The translations under genes were made by a program, and so were the position numbers. A DNA stretch of 64,000 nt from a bacterium. Its GTDB lineage: Bacteria > Patescibacteriota > CPR2 > UBA1875 > JAJYID01. This document shows, one piece after another, positions 29,174-39,047 of this stretch. The stretch lies in the NCBI GenBank assembly GCA_021787535.1, contig JAJYLR010000002.1, positions 24,556 through 88,555 on the forward strand. The letters run 5' to 3'. The notes under the pieces were generated by a model. It made no database searches, was not told the DNA's origin, and saw nothing but the letters and a program-made list of their open reading frames with translations. How positions within the stretch are numbered: the stretch's first letter is position 1; every line of letters starts with the position of its first letter.

Positions 29174-29201
29174 TTGACAATGTGCTCAATCATGCTAGAA
29201 T
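29174..29201 (+). promoter_or_regulatory. sigma70-type promoter in divergent intergenic region
   Basis: TTGACA, 16 nt, TAGAAT about 75 nt upstream of ATG 29278. Confidence 0.5.
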
Positions 29202-29277
29202 GCAAAAGCAAACAAACATAAAATTTATGATAAGTATCATTAGTTTATTTAAATTATTTTCCAAGGGTAAGGGGGTA

Positions 29278-32025
29278 ATGGCGCTTCTACTAACAACTCT
29301 TGGTTTTTTGTTTATTATAGGTCACCCCCAAAAAACATTCGCAGCATTAGATAATAGTAATGTTATTTCAGATAATAGGTTTGTTGCTTCTGGCACAATG
29401 TCGGAGCAGGATATACAGAATTTTTTAAGTTCACATGGAAGCTACTTGGCAACTTATACTGTACCAGCAGCTAGATATGAAACATGGCAAGGTACCAGTT
29501 ATTATGAGAATCCTTGGATAGGACCCATTGGTAATGAAGTTAACGCTACTGGATGGAGTGCTGCTCATGTTATATATCAGGTTTCACAGTGGTATACCAT
29601 AAATCCGCAAGTCTTAATTACTACCCTAGAAAAAGAATCAGGTCTCATCACAACATCTAACCCTAGTTATTATGGGTTAGTACAATGGTCAATGGGATAT
29701 GCGTATACCGAAGGAGGTATTCTGAATGCCTGCGGTACAAGTACAAATTATAACCCGACGGGTTCGTGTGCCGGTTTCGCCATGCAGGTAGATTGGGGTG
29801 GAGGTGCTCTAAAACAATGGATGGTTTGGGCTAATGAACATAACTCAAGTGCAGGTATATATTACACAGGGAATACTGTGTCTATTGACGGGCAATCAAT
29901 ATACCTAGGCAATGGAGCAACTGCTGCTTTATACCGATATACTCCTCATATTCAGACAAGTTTTTACAATATTTTTACCTCCTGGTTTAGTATAGAGAGG
30001 GCAATTGCAGACAATGGAGATCAACGCCAATGGATTGTTGATTATACAACAGGCACGCGACAATATATCCCAAGTGCTAGTGTAATTAATGCTTGGAATT
30101 TAGATACTAATGCACCTTTACAAACAATGAGCGCTACAACATTGGGGTCTTTTCGTGATATGACAGATCCTTTGGGAAACATAATCCGTCCCAGTGGAAC
30201 CCTTACCATCTATTATGTTAATGGTGGTAGAAAGTATCCAATTGCCTCAATTGGGGTTTTTGCAGAGTGGGGTCTTTCCACCCAAGATATCATTGATACC
30301 ACGGCCAATACTGGAAGTTTATCTATAACCACTAATACTGCTACATATTTGGATAGTAATCAACAACAATGGTTAATAGATTTTACGGTAAATACTCGAT
30401 ATTATATTTCTTCAGGCGATATATCTAGCGCTTGGGGTATTAGTGTTGATCCAAATAACCAAAACAATAATGCTCCTACTGTTAGCTTGCCTAATGCTAT
30501 TTTCTCTGGGATTGTACAAGGAGCAAATCTAGGAAGAGTTGTAAGACCTAGTGGCGATGTGGCAATTTATTTTGTTGATAATGGAACCCGCTACCATATT
30601 ATGTCTCCCGAGATGATGTCTGCTTGGGGAATCTCTACAGATTCGGTTCTCAATCTCTCAAAGCAATTAATAGATGTTTCGTTACATCAAGCAGATTTAG
30701 GATATATAGTAAAGGATCCAAATAACACAAATATCTACATGGTTGATGGTTCGAATGGATTAGGCCAAACAATTCTTAGGCAATATGGCAGTCCTGATGT
30801 TCTGGTTGCATGGGAAGGGAATGTGCAAAATATAGCCATTTCAAATACTTTCTTTACAAGCAACATGACTGTTAGTGCTGATCAGATTACCACAACAAAA
30901 ATTGCCTATAATGGTAATGAATATCAAGTTGTTTCGGGACAAAAACTGCCTATGTCAGACACTGTTGCCCACCTTTATCCAGGAGTGGCACAAAATATCT
31001 CTGATGCTACCTTTAATAGACTAGTTCCTAGTGCTCCTGTTGTTCAATTTATAAGAAGCTATGATAGCACCGATGTATATATGATAGATAACCTTAAGAA
31101 ACATAAGGTTTTAAGTCCAGAGATACTTCGAGCATGGGGTATAGGACCTGATCCCATTATTAATATTGTCAATAGTGGCTACCTTAACTTAATCCCTTCC
31201 GATACAGATTTAAATACTTATGAAGCTGATGTAAGTGGCCAGCTTTATCTGATGGATGGTCGCAAGATTACTATTCCAGCAAACTTAGATACTGCATATA
31301 GAACAGTTAATGTTTATAGTCCTAGTACATACCTAATAACCCTTTTAGTTTCCGGTGAAAATGCCTCAAATTTTTTAAAGGGTTTTCAGACTGTGCCTAT
31401 TTATCTCATGGATAACGCTAAACTTCGTCATATCCGTTTCCCAGCTGATCTTGAACTTTTGAATTCAGGAGAAAACATTACCTCTGTTTCCCAATATGTT
31501 CTAAGCCAGTTTTCGGAAGATGCTTTTGTAGGGCATTATGTTACAGATGGGAGCACTAAATACCTAATAGATCATGGCACTAAGTACACTGTAAGCGACT
31601 CATTAGCTTCAGAATGGGGTCTTGGTACACCAGACACTTTAACGAGTGCTACTATCTCTAGATTTACAGGGTCTTCTGCCCTAACTAATCTTTTTAGAGA
31701 TTCGGGGGGCAATATTTATTTAATCAATCAAGGGATAAAAAGGCATATTCTCGGTCCCTCTGTTTTCTCAGCATGGGCCTTTCAAGAAAACCAAGTATTA
31801 AATACCTCAGATGCCTTGATTAATACTGTGCCCACGGGTCAATACCTTGATATATTAGCAAAGACTTCATCATCTCCGGCAATATATAAAATGGAACTAG
31901 GGATAAAAAGGCATATTCTTTCTCCCGAGGTCTTTACGTCCTTAGGATATCAACCGTCTATGGTATCCATAGTATCCTCAGCATTATTGGATAGCTATAA
32001 TGAAGGAAGTCCGATTTCGAATTAA
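29278..32025 (+). CDS. large secreted protein with at least 10 copies of the same about 65-aa repeat as the neighbouring peptidase
   Basis: Signal peptide MALLLTTLGFLFIIGHPQKTFA. Repeated cores IYYVNGGRKYPIAS, IYFVDNGTRYHIMSPEMMSAWGIS, VYMIDNLKKHKVLSPEILRAWGIG, IYKMELGIKRHILSPEVFTSLGY. The ORF-track start 29131 would overlap the divergent gene. Confidence 0.7.
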   Translation: MALLLTTLGFLFIIGHPQKTFAALDNSNVISDNRFVASGTMSEQDIQNFLSSHGSYLATYTVPAARYETWQGTSYYENPWIGPIGNEVNATGWSAAHVIYQVSQWYTINPQVLITTLEKESGLITTSNPSYYGLVQWSMGYAYTEGGILNACGTSTNYNPTGSCAGFAMQVDWGGGALKQWMVWANEHNSSAGIYYTGNTVSIDGQSIYLGNGATAALYRYTPHIQTSFYNIFTSWFSIERAIADNGDQRQWIVDYTTGTRQYIPSASVINAWNLDTNAPLQTMSATTLGSFRDMTDPLGNIIRPSGTLTIYYVNGGRKYPIASIGVFAEWGLSTQDIIDTTANTGSLSITTNTATYLDSNQQQWLIDFTVNTRYYISSGDISSAWGISVDPNNQNNNAPTVSLPNAIFSGIVQGANLGRVVRPSGDVAIYFVDNGTRYHIMSPEMMSAWGISTDSVLNLSKQLIDVSLHQADLGYIVKDPNNTNIYMVDGSNGLGQTILRQYGSPDVLVAWEGNVQNIAISNTFFTSNMTVSADQITTTKIAYNGNEYQVVSGQKLPMSDTVAHLYPGVAQNISDATFNRLVPSAPVVQFIRSYDSTDVYMIDNLKKHKVLSPEILRAWGIGPDPIINIVNSGYLNLIPSDTDLNTYEADVSGQLYLMDGRKITIPANLDTAYRTVNVYSPSTYLITLLVSGENASNFLKGFQTVPIYLMDNAKLRHIRFPADLELLNSGENITSVSQYVLSQFSEDAFVGHYVTDGSTKYLIDHGTKYTVSDSLASEWGLGTPDTLTSATISRFTGSSALTNLFRDSGGNIYLINQGIKRHILGPSVFSAWAFQENQVLNTSDALINTVPTGQYLDILAKTSSSPAIYKMELGIKRHILSPEVFTSLGYQPSMVSIVSSALLDSYNEGSPISN

Positions 32026-32107
32026 CATCAGAATACATATGTCTTGTCAGATTAAGATATAATTGACACTGTTGGCAATTTTTGCTATATTTTAACTTGT
32101 TTTCAAG

Positions 32108-32902
32108 ATGGAAAAAATAAAACAATACAATTACTTTGGATTAACCAGAGAACTGGCTCTTACTGATTTTAAACTTAAATACCAGGGCTCTTTTTTTGGA
32201 TATTTATGGTCCCTAGCTAAGCCTTTAATGCTTTTTGGAGTTCTTTACCTCGTGTTTACTAGATTCTTTAGATTAGGTGGTTCGATACCCCACTATCCCG
32301 TTTACTTATTATTGGGCATAGTTCTTTTTAACTATTTCGTAGAGTCAACATCAGCTTCAATGGGGTCTATAGTAGGTAAAGGTGATCTTATTAGAAAGGT
32401 TTACTTTCCAAGAATTATACTGACGGTTTCTACATCGATCACAGCTCTGATAACTCTATTACTTAATATGATTGTAGTATTTATTTTTATGATATTATCA
32501 AAAACGGTTCCCACTATAGATACACCCTTCTTAGTTCTACTTTTATTGGAACTCTTCGTTTTGGTATCAGGTGTTTCCTTATTTCTTGCCTCACTATTTG
32601 TGCGCTTTAGAGACATTGCTCATATTTGGGAGGTTTGTAATCAAGTACTTTTCTATGCGGTTCCTATAATCTACCCCCTTAGTTTTGTTCCTGGTAGAAT
32701 TGGAAAAATACTATTATTAAATCCCCTTGCTCAAATTATTCAAGATTCGAGATTCGTATTAATTACCCATCAAACAGCTACGGCTGGGTCTATGTTACAT
32801 TTTCCATATGTTTTTATTCCATATACTCTACCCTTCATAGTTTTTGCATTTGGGTATTGGTTTTTTCAAAAATCAGCAGCTAAGTTTGCGGAAGAGGTTT
32901 AA
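32108..32902 (+). CDS. wzm: ABC-2 type polysaccharide/teichoic acid export permease (Wzm/TagG-like)
   Basis: 6 TM ABC-2 architecture directly upstream of the cognate ATPase. Confidence 0.8.
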   Translation: MEKIKQYNYFGLTRELALTDFKLKYQGSFFGYLWSLAKPLMLFGVLYLVFTRFFRLGGSIPHYPVYLLLGIVLFNYFVESTSASMGSIVGKGDLIRKVYFPRIILTVSTSITALITLLLNMIVVFIFMILSKTVPTIDTPFLVLLLLELFVLVSGVSLFLASLFVRFRDIAHIWEVCNQVLFYAVPIIYPLSFVPGRIGKILLLNPLAQIIQDSRFVLITHQTATAGSMLHFPYVFIPYTLPFIVFAFGYWFFQKSAAKFAEEV

Positions 32903-34173
32903 TGAGTGATGTAATACAAAAACTAACCAAAAAGAAAAAAACTTCTAAAAAAGAAGTTGCAATTGAGGTAAAGAATATTTCAAAGACCTTTAAAGTACCC
33001 CATGAAAAACATATGACATTAAAAGCAACAGCATTAAATGTATTGCGAAAAAAACGTTATGAAGAATTTCAAGCTTTAAAGAATATAAATTTTGAGGTTA
33101 AAAAGGGTGAGTTTTTTGGAATTATTGGTAGAAATGGTTGCGGGAAAAGCACTTTGCTAAAGATTATTGCGAGTATTTACATTCCCACCGAAGGACAAAT
33201 AAAAATTAAAGGTAAAATCTCTCCCTTTTTAGAGCTTGGGGTAGGATTTAACCCCGAATTAACCGCTAGAGAAAATGTTTTTTTAGGAGGTTCTATTCTT
33301 GGCTTGTCAAGGAAAGAAATTTTTAAAAAATTTGATGAGATTATTCAATTTGCCGAATTAGAAGAATTTGTTGACATGAAATTTAAAAACTTCTCATCTG
33401 GAATGCAGGTTAGACTTGCATTCTCACTTTCCATTTACGCTCATGCCGAGATTCTTTTGATGGATGAAGTCTTGGCTGTTGGAGATGCAAATTTTCAGGC
33501 CAAGTGCCTAGAAGAATTTAAGAAATATAGGCAACGTGGTAAAACAGTTGTTCTAGTAACGCATGATATTGGAACTGTTAGACAACATTGTGACAGAGCT
33601 GCACTTTTAAGGAATGGTAAGATTGTTAAGATAGGCAAGGCAGAAGACGTGACGACAAAATATATAGCCCAAAATATGTCTGACCAAGAAGCAGCAGAAA
33701 TAAAAACAGATCACGCTAGTAAGTTGAAGCAATTTGGCACAAAGGATATAGTAATTACCTCAACCAAGGTTTTTGATTCAAACAATAAGGAAAGACAGTC
33801 TTTTTTAGCTGGAGATCCTATGACAGTTAAGATTGAATACAAGGCCAAAAAGACAGTAGAAGGACCACATTTTGGTATAGCAATGATTGATACGGGGGGA
33901 AATCTGCTTTGTTCTAGCAATCATTTAAGACATATGCAGATCATTAATAAAATTGAGAAAGGCCAAGTTGGTTATGTGGAATGCAAAATAAAAAGTCTAC
34001 CATTTTTAACAGGCAGTTATTTTATAACAGTCTCAATTTATTCTGATAAGTTTAAAAGTGCTCCTCGTGCCATTCATCACATTGAAAAAGCTAAGAAGAT
34101 TAATATAACAAACAAAAATCAGATTTCTGATGAGGGCATGATATTTTTAAATTGTGATTGGAAAATTTCATGA
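32902..34173 (+). CDS. wzt: polysaccharide ABC exporter ATP-binding protein (Wzt/TagH-like) with about 170-aa C-terminal extension
   Basis: Walker A GRNGCGKST, signature SSGMQVRLAF, Walker B LLMDEVLAVGD. Extra C-terminal beta-rich domain as in Wzt carbohydrate-binding domains. Confidence 0.8.
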   Translation: MSDVIQKLTKKKKTSKKEVAIEVKNISKTFKVPHEKHMTLKATALNVLRKKRYEEFQALKNINFEVKKGEFFGIIGRNGCGKSTLLKIIASIYIPTEGQIKIKGKISPFLELGVGFNPELTARENVFLGGSILGLSRKEIFKKFDEIIQFAELEEFVDMKFKNFSSGMQVRLAFSLSIYAHAEILLMDEVLAVGDANFQAKCLEEFKKYRQRGKTVVLVTHDIGTVRQHCDRAALLRNGKIVKIGKAEDVTTKYIAQNMSDQEAAEIKTDHASKLKQFGTKDIVITSTKVFDSNNKERQSFLAGDPMTVKIEYKAKKTVEGPHFGIAMIDTGGNLLCSSNHLRHMQIINKIEKGQVGYVECKIKSLPFLTGSYFITVSIYSDKFKSAPRAIHHIEKAKKINITNKNQISDEGMIFLNCDWKIS

Positions 34174-35087
34174 ATCTAAACAAAATTAAGCTTAGAAAAC
34201 TTTTATTTACTCAGGACAAAAAGTATACAATCAAGTGGATTAACTATGAGTTTTGCTCATCCTGTAATCTTAGGTGCAAATGGTGCTCACTGGATCATAA
34301 AAAGAAACCTATGTTTATAACAAATGAGATTTTGACATCTAGTCTGGATAATATAATACAAGATGAAGGGTTTGATATTGAGCGGATAGATTTGCATAAT
34401 GCCGGTGAGACATTGCTTCATCCGAAACTATCAGAATTATTAGGTATTCTAGCTAGCAAAAAAAAAGAGTTTAAAAACAAACCAACTATTCATCTCCTGA
34501 CGAATGGAACCTTGTTAAATGAAGAAAAGACGAAAATTATTCTTGCAAGTAATGCCCTTGACGAATTACGAGTTAGTATTGATGGTGGGACTAGACAATA
34601 TTATAACGAGATAAGGATTGGCGCTGATTGGGATAAAGTCAAAGAAAGAATTTCAAACTTTATTACATTCAATAAAAAGAAAATTAAAATTGGTGTTATT
34701 TGCATGGTGCCTCAAGAAAAACCACTGACAACTGACTGGATGGAAAGGGATTTTAAAGAACTTTTTAGTAAAATGGATAGTGTAGACCTTAGACATCCTC
34801 ATAACTGGGATGGGGCTAAAGATTTAAACTTATTTAAAAGTTCTGATTGGAAGGAGGAAAACAAGTTATGTAAATTCCTGTTAAAAAATCTGGTTATTCT
34901 TCCAAATGGAGATGTTACCGTTTGTTGTGCTGACTTGAATTCCAGAGGTGTTGTAGGGAACCTAAGAAACAAAACACTGACTGAGATCTTTTTTTCAGAA
35001 TCGAGATTAAAAATGATTGATTTATATAATAAAGGAAGGAAGTCAGAAATAGAACTTTGCAAAAACTGCACAGGATATTATGAATAG
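34158..35087 (+). CDS. radical SAM enzyme with C-terminal SPASM/twitch Cys cluster
   Basis: CNLRCKWC (CxxxCxxC). C-terminal VTVCCADL...CKNCTGYY auxiliary-cluster cysteines. Confidence 0.7.
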   Translation: MENFMNLNKIKLRKLLFTQDKKYTIKWINYEFCSSCNLRCKWCSLDHKKKPMFITNEILTSSLDNIIQDEGFDIERIDLHNAGETLLHPKLSELLGILASKKKEFKNKPTIHLLTNGTLLNEEKTKIILASNALDELRVSIDGGTRQYYNEIRIGADWDKVKERISNFITFNKKKIKIGVICMVPQEKPLTTDWMERDFKELFSKMDSVDLRHPHNWDGAKDLNLFKSSDWKEENKLCKFLLKNLVILPNGDVTVCCADLNSRGVVGNLRNKTLTEIFFSESRLKMIDLYNKGRKSEIELCKNCTGYYE

Positions 35088-35128
35088 TTTAATAAGTTGT
35101 TGTTGTTCACTAAAAGAGGTTTTCGCAT

Positions 35129-38062
35129 ATGAATGATGAAAAAAAATTATATTTGGAAGAACTACCATTTGATACTTATGGGAGACATGCTCTTATTCGA
35201 GATATTATTAATCTTGATCGTTCTGGCGATAAGATTAAAATACTTGATGTTGGGGGACGATATAATCTTATGACGAAATTTTTCCCAAATGACGAGGTTT
35301 TTTACCTTGATTTGGAGATTAACCCAGGGGATAAAAATGCAGTACAAGGTGATGGTTGCGATATTCCGCTCAAAGACAATAGTTTTGACTATGTTGTATC
35401 CTCTGATGTTTTCGAGCATATAAAACAAAAGGATAGGCAAAGATTTCTAAGGGAGTGCATGAGGGTAGCGAAAAATGGGCTTGTTTTAGCAGCTCCATTT
35501 TATTCAAAAGAAGTTGAGGAGGCGGAGAAAATTGCTAACGAAAGTTACAAAATAATTTTTGGGGGGCAAGACCATAGATGGCTTATTGAACATATAAAAA
35601 ACGGATTGCCAAGGGAAGATGAAGTTAAGAACTTTGTAAAAAGTAATAATTTGTACTCACAGGTATCTAACGTAAATAACCTTGGGTTGTGGGCGCAGTT
35701 AATCACAATCGGCTTTATAGCGATAGACAAAGGATTGATTAGTGAAGAATATAGTCGATTTAATAAATTCTACAATCAAGAGATTTACCCTATAGACAGA
35801 ACAAGGAACTCATATCGTAAAATCTTCCTTATTAAAAGAGAAAATAACTTTAATATGCCAAAAATTACAGAGGAGATTCCATTGGATTTGTACTTAAGAG
35901 CTGTTTCAATGGGCAACAATTTAACATTTGGTGTGATTAGTAAACTGGAGAGTAATGAAAGGGAACTGATTTTGAAAAATCAAGAGATCAGGAAAGAAAT
36001 GAAACAACAACTGGATCAAAAGCACAAAGAGCTAGAAGAAAAAGTGAAAGAGACAGAAGAGATACGGACTTCAACAAGTTGGAAGGTTACAAAGCCAATG
36101 AGAAAAATCAAAGATATAAGTAATAAAGTCTTATTATTAGGTAAAAAATCCATTACTGTGATCAAAGAGGAAGGTGTCTTTGAATTTTTTAAGCGAGTGG
36201 GTAAATACGTAACTCATAGAACAATAGCTAGATTGCATCAACAAAAAACCTTCTCCCATAGTTACCTAGATATCTCCCAATGGTATCAGGGAAATAAGAA
36301 GAAAGTGACTGTAGTCATACCAAGTTATAACGACTACAAATTGCTTAAAAAATGTATTGATAGTATTAACAGGACAGCAGATGAGAGATATGTGGATGTG
36401 ATAATAGTTGATGATGCTAGTACTAAGAATGAACACCAAAGCTTTTTGAAGTCATTAAACCAGAAGAATATTAAAGTAATCTATAACAAGAAAAATAGTG
36501 GTTTCGCCAAAACAGTTAATGTTGGTATGAAGGCAGCAAAAACCGGTGATATTGTTGTTTTAAATAGTGATATAGAAGCAAAGAAATACTGGCTTGAGTC
36601 TCTTCAGTATGCTGCATATTCCTCAAAAGACATAGGAATCGTCGGTGGTAAGCTTCTATATCCTAATAAAACCATTCAATATGCTGGATCATATCGTAAT
36701 CTAGATGCTCCTGAATGGTTTGATCACTATTACCGTTTTAAACCATCATCTTTTCCACCCGCAAATATACCTAACTTTGTACTAGGAATTACAGGGGCTT
36801 GTATGTATATCAAAAGCGAGGTAATTAAAAACATAGGTTATATGGATGAAAAATTTCCAATGGCCTTTGAGGATATGGATTATAGTATACGGGCTTGGAA
36901 TGTGGGATATAAAAGTCTGTATTTCCCTATGGCTACTCTCATTCATCATGAGTCGATTACACGTGGGACAAAACAAGGAGCTCGAGAGAAGGAATCTCTC
37001 AGATATTTCTGGCAAAAATGGGGTGATTGGTTTGACAAAAGAAATGTAAGAAATAGTGAGGGAGTAACAAAGATTATATATGTTATTCAATCTACGGGTG
37101 TTGGTGGAGGAGCGAGGATTATATTTGAACATGTTAATAAACTTAAAGAGCTTGGTTATGATGTAGAACTCTATAATCTCGAAGGAAATCCAAAATGGTT
37201 TAAGCTAGACGTTCCAGTGAAGACGTTTAAGAACTATTCTCAGCTTATAAAAGCATTGGAAAATGAAGAGGCAATTAAAGTTGCCACTTGGTGGGAAACA
37301 GCAGAACCAGTTTGGCTTTCTTCTGTAAGAAAGGGAGTCCCAGTTTATTTCGTCCAAGACATAGAATCGTCTTATTACAAAGATGATGAATATATGCAGA
37401 ACTTTGTGTTATCAAAGTACAGAAAGGAATTCAGATATTTTACTACCTCTGGAGTTAATGAAAAGGCACTTAAGGATATGGGTTTAATACCAGCAGTCAT
37501 TCCTTGTGGCATGGATACCACTATATATAAACCTCTTGAGGTGAAAAGAGAAAAAGATGTGATGCTTTCTGTAGGTCGAAGTCACTACTTGAAGAATCTC
37601 ACTATGACTATGGATGCTTGGAAAGAAATCAAAGATAAACAACCTACATTTTGGATGTTTGGTATAGAACCACAAGTTGCTGATGGAATACAAAATACTA
37701 AATACTATTACAAACCAACAGATGAAGGTGTAAACGAACTTTATAATAAGGCAACTATATTTGTTCAAACTTCAAGACATGAAGGTTTTTGTCTCCCTGT
37801 TCTAGAAGCTATGGCTGCTGGGGCTCCAGTGATATGCACAGATGCACATGGAAATGCAGATTTCTGTGTCGATGGGGAAAATTGTCTGATGATTGAGCAT
37901 GATGATGTAAATAATCTTAAAAGACAGATTAAAAAACTTTTCTCAGATAAGAAACTACAAGAAAAATTGAGGAAATCAGGATATAAAACAGCGCAGCAAT
38001 ATTCCTGGCCAGTTATAATGAAAAAATTAACAAATTTTTTTGATAACATTGCAAATAATTAG
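35129..38062 (+). CDS. three-domain glycan-synthesis protein: class I SAM methyltransferase - coiled coil - GT2 glycosyltransferase - GT1/GT4-like glycosyltransferase
   Basis: MTase motif I ILDVGGRYN and post-I acidic DL. Coiled-coil at about aa 260-310. GT2 VTVVIPSYND..IIVDDAS..DMDY. C-terminal RHEGFCLPVLEAMAAGAPVI (E-x7-E). Confidence 0.7.
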   Translation: MNDEKKLYLEELPFDTYGRHALIRDIINLDRSGDKIKILDVGGRYNLMTKFFPNDEVFYLDLEINPGDKNAVQGDGCDIPLKDNSFDYVVSSDVFEHIKQKDRQRFLRECMRVAKNGLVLAAPFYSKEVEEAEKIANESYKIIFGGQDHRWLIEHIKNGLPREDEVKNFVKSNNLYSQVSNVNNLGLWAQLITIGFIAIDKGLISEEYSRFNKFYNQEIYPIDRTRNSYRKIFLIKRENNFNMPKITEEIPLDLYLRAVSMGNNLTFGVISKLESNERELILKNQEIRKEMKQQLDQKHKELEEKVKETEEIRTSTSWKVTKPMRKIKDISNKVLLLGKKSITVIKEEGVFEFFKRVGKYVTHRTIARLHQQKTFSHSYLDISQWYQGNKKKVTVVIPSYNDYKLLKKCIDSINRTADERYVDVIIVDDASTKNEHQSFLKSLNQKNIKVIYNKKNSGFAKTVNVGMKAAKTGDIVVLNSDIEAKKYWLESLQYAAYSSKDIGIVGGKLLYPNKTIQYAGSYRNLDAPEWFDHYYRFKPSSFPPANIPNFVLGITGACMYIKSEVIKNIGYMDEKFPMAFEDMDYSIRAWNVGYKSLYFPMATLIHHESITRGTKQGAREKESLRYFWQKWGDWFDKRNVRNSEGVTKIIYVIQSTGVGGGARIIFEHVNKLKELGYDVELYNLEGNPKWFKLDVPVKTFKNYSQLIKALENEEAIKVATWWETAEPVWLSSVRKGVPVYFVQDIESSYYKDDEYMQNFVLSKYRKEFRYFTTSGVNEKALKDMGLIPAVIPCGMDTTIYKPLEVKREKDVMLSVGRSHYLKNLTMTMDAWKEIKDKQPTFWMFGIEPQVADGIQNTKYYYKPTDEGVNELYNKATIFVQTSRHEGFCLPVLEAMAAGAPVICTDAHGNADFCVDGENCLMIEHDDVNNLKRQIKKLFSDKKLQEKLRKSGYKTAQQYSWPVIMKKLTNFFDNIANN

Positions 38063-38086
38063 TTTCTTAGTCACGAAAGGAATAGC

Positions 38087-38977
38087 TTGGGAAGATTCTT
38101 ATCGGCTGTTAAATCTCCAAATAAAACTATCAAAATCCTTAAAAAGCGCTATTTGGCTTTAGGTATTGATAGTACTTTAAGGGAACTGGAAAAAATATCT
38201 ACCGAACATAAGTTACAAGAAGGTCCACAAGGATCTAAGGTAAGCATTATTTTACTCACTTTTAATAATCTCAGATATTCAAAATCCTGTATTTATAGTA
38301 TTTTAGACTTTTCTAATTACTCAAATCTCGAGCTGGTCATTATTGATAACGGTTCTTCCGATGAAACGCCGGAATTTTTGAAAAACTTGGATAAAGATTA
38401 CGGAAATGTAAGAGTCATTCTGAATAAAAACAATAGAGGTTTTGCCGGAGCCTGCAATCAGGGTATCAAAAAAGCAACCGGCGAGTATTTTATTTTCCTA
38501 AATAACGATACCATTGTGACGCCGAACTGGATTGAGAGGCTTGTCCAGCCGCTCAAAGACAAAAAGATAGGACTGGTCGGGCCGATCACTAACTTTATGT
38601 GGAACCATCAGGAGATTGATATTTTTTATCGATCGCTTGATACGATGCTCAAAAAATCCAGCCAGGTTACCGGTCAAAACAAAGGTAAGACAAGAGTGGC
38701 ACGCGATGTCGCCTTTTTCTGTGTAGCGGCCCGCAGTGATGTTATAAAGGAGGTTGGAGATTTGGACGAACGTTTCGGTATGGGGATGTTTGAGGATGAT
38801 GATTACTGTCTAAGGGTGCAAAAAGCTGGCTATAAAATAGTTGTTGTCGAGGATGTTTTCGTTCATCATTTTGGACAAATTTCCCTTTTTAGTTTAGGAA
38901 GAGGCAAGTATAATGAGTTACTCGAGGAAAATCGGGAGAAGTTTGAGAAAAAATGGGGCAAGGGACAAAATGACTAA
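38087..38977 (+). CDS. GT2 family glycosyltransferase
   Basis: VSIILLTFNN..ELVIIDNGSSDET..FLNNDT..DDDYC motifs. Confidence 0.75.
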   Translation: MGRFLSAVKSPNKTIKILKKRYLALGIDSTLRELEKISTEHKLQEGPQGSKVSIILLTFNNLRYSKSCIYSILDFSNYSNLELVIIDNGSSDETPEFLKNLDKDYGNVRVILNKNNRGFAGACNQGIKKATGEYFIFLNNDTIVTPNWIERLVQPLKDKKIGLVGPITNFMWNHQEIDIFYRSLDTMLKKSSQVTGQNKGKTRVARDVAFFCVAARSDVIKEVGDLDERFGMGMFEDDDYCLRVQKAGYKIVVVEDVFVHHFGQISLFSLGRGKYNELLEENREKFEKKWGKGQND

Positions 38978-39047
38978 TTAAGAATTTTTAATGTCTAATG
39001 AAGTTCCAATTTATCAATTTAAAAACAATTTATATTAGAACGAAGTT

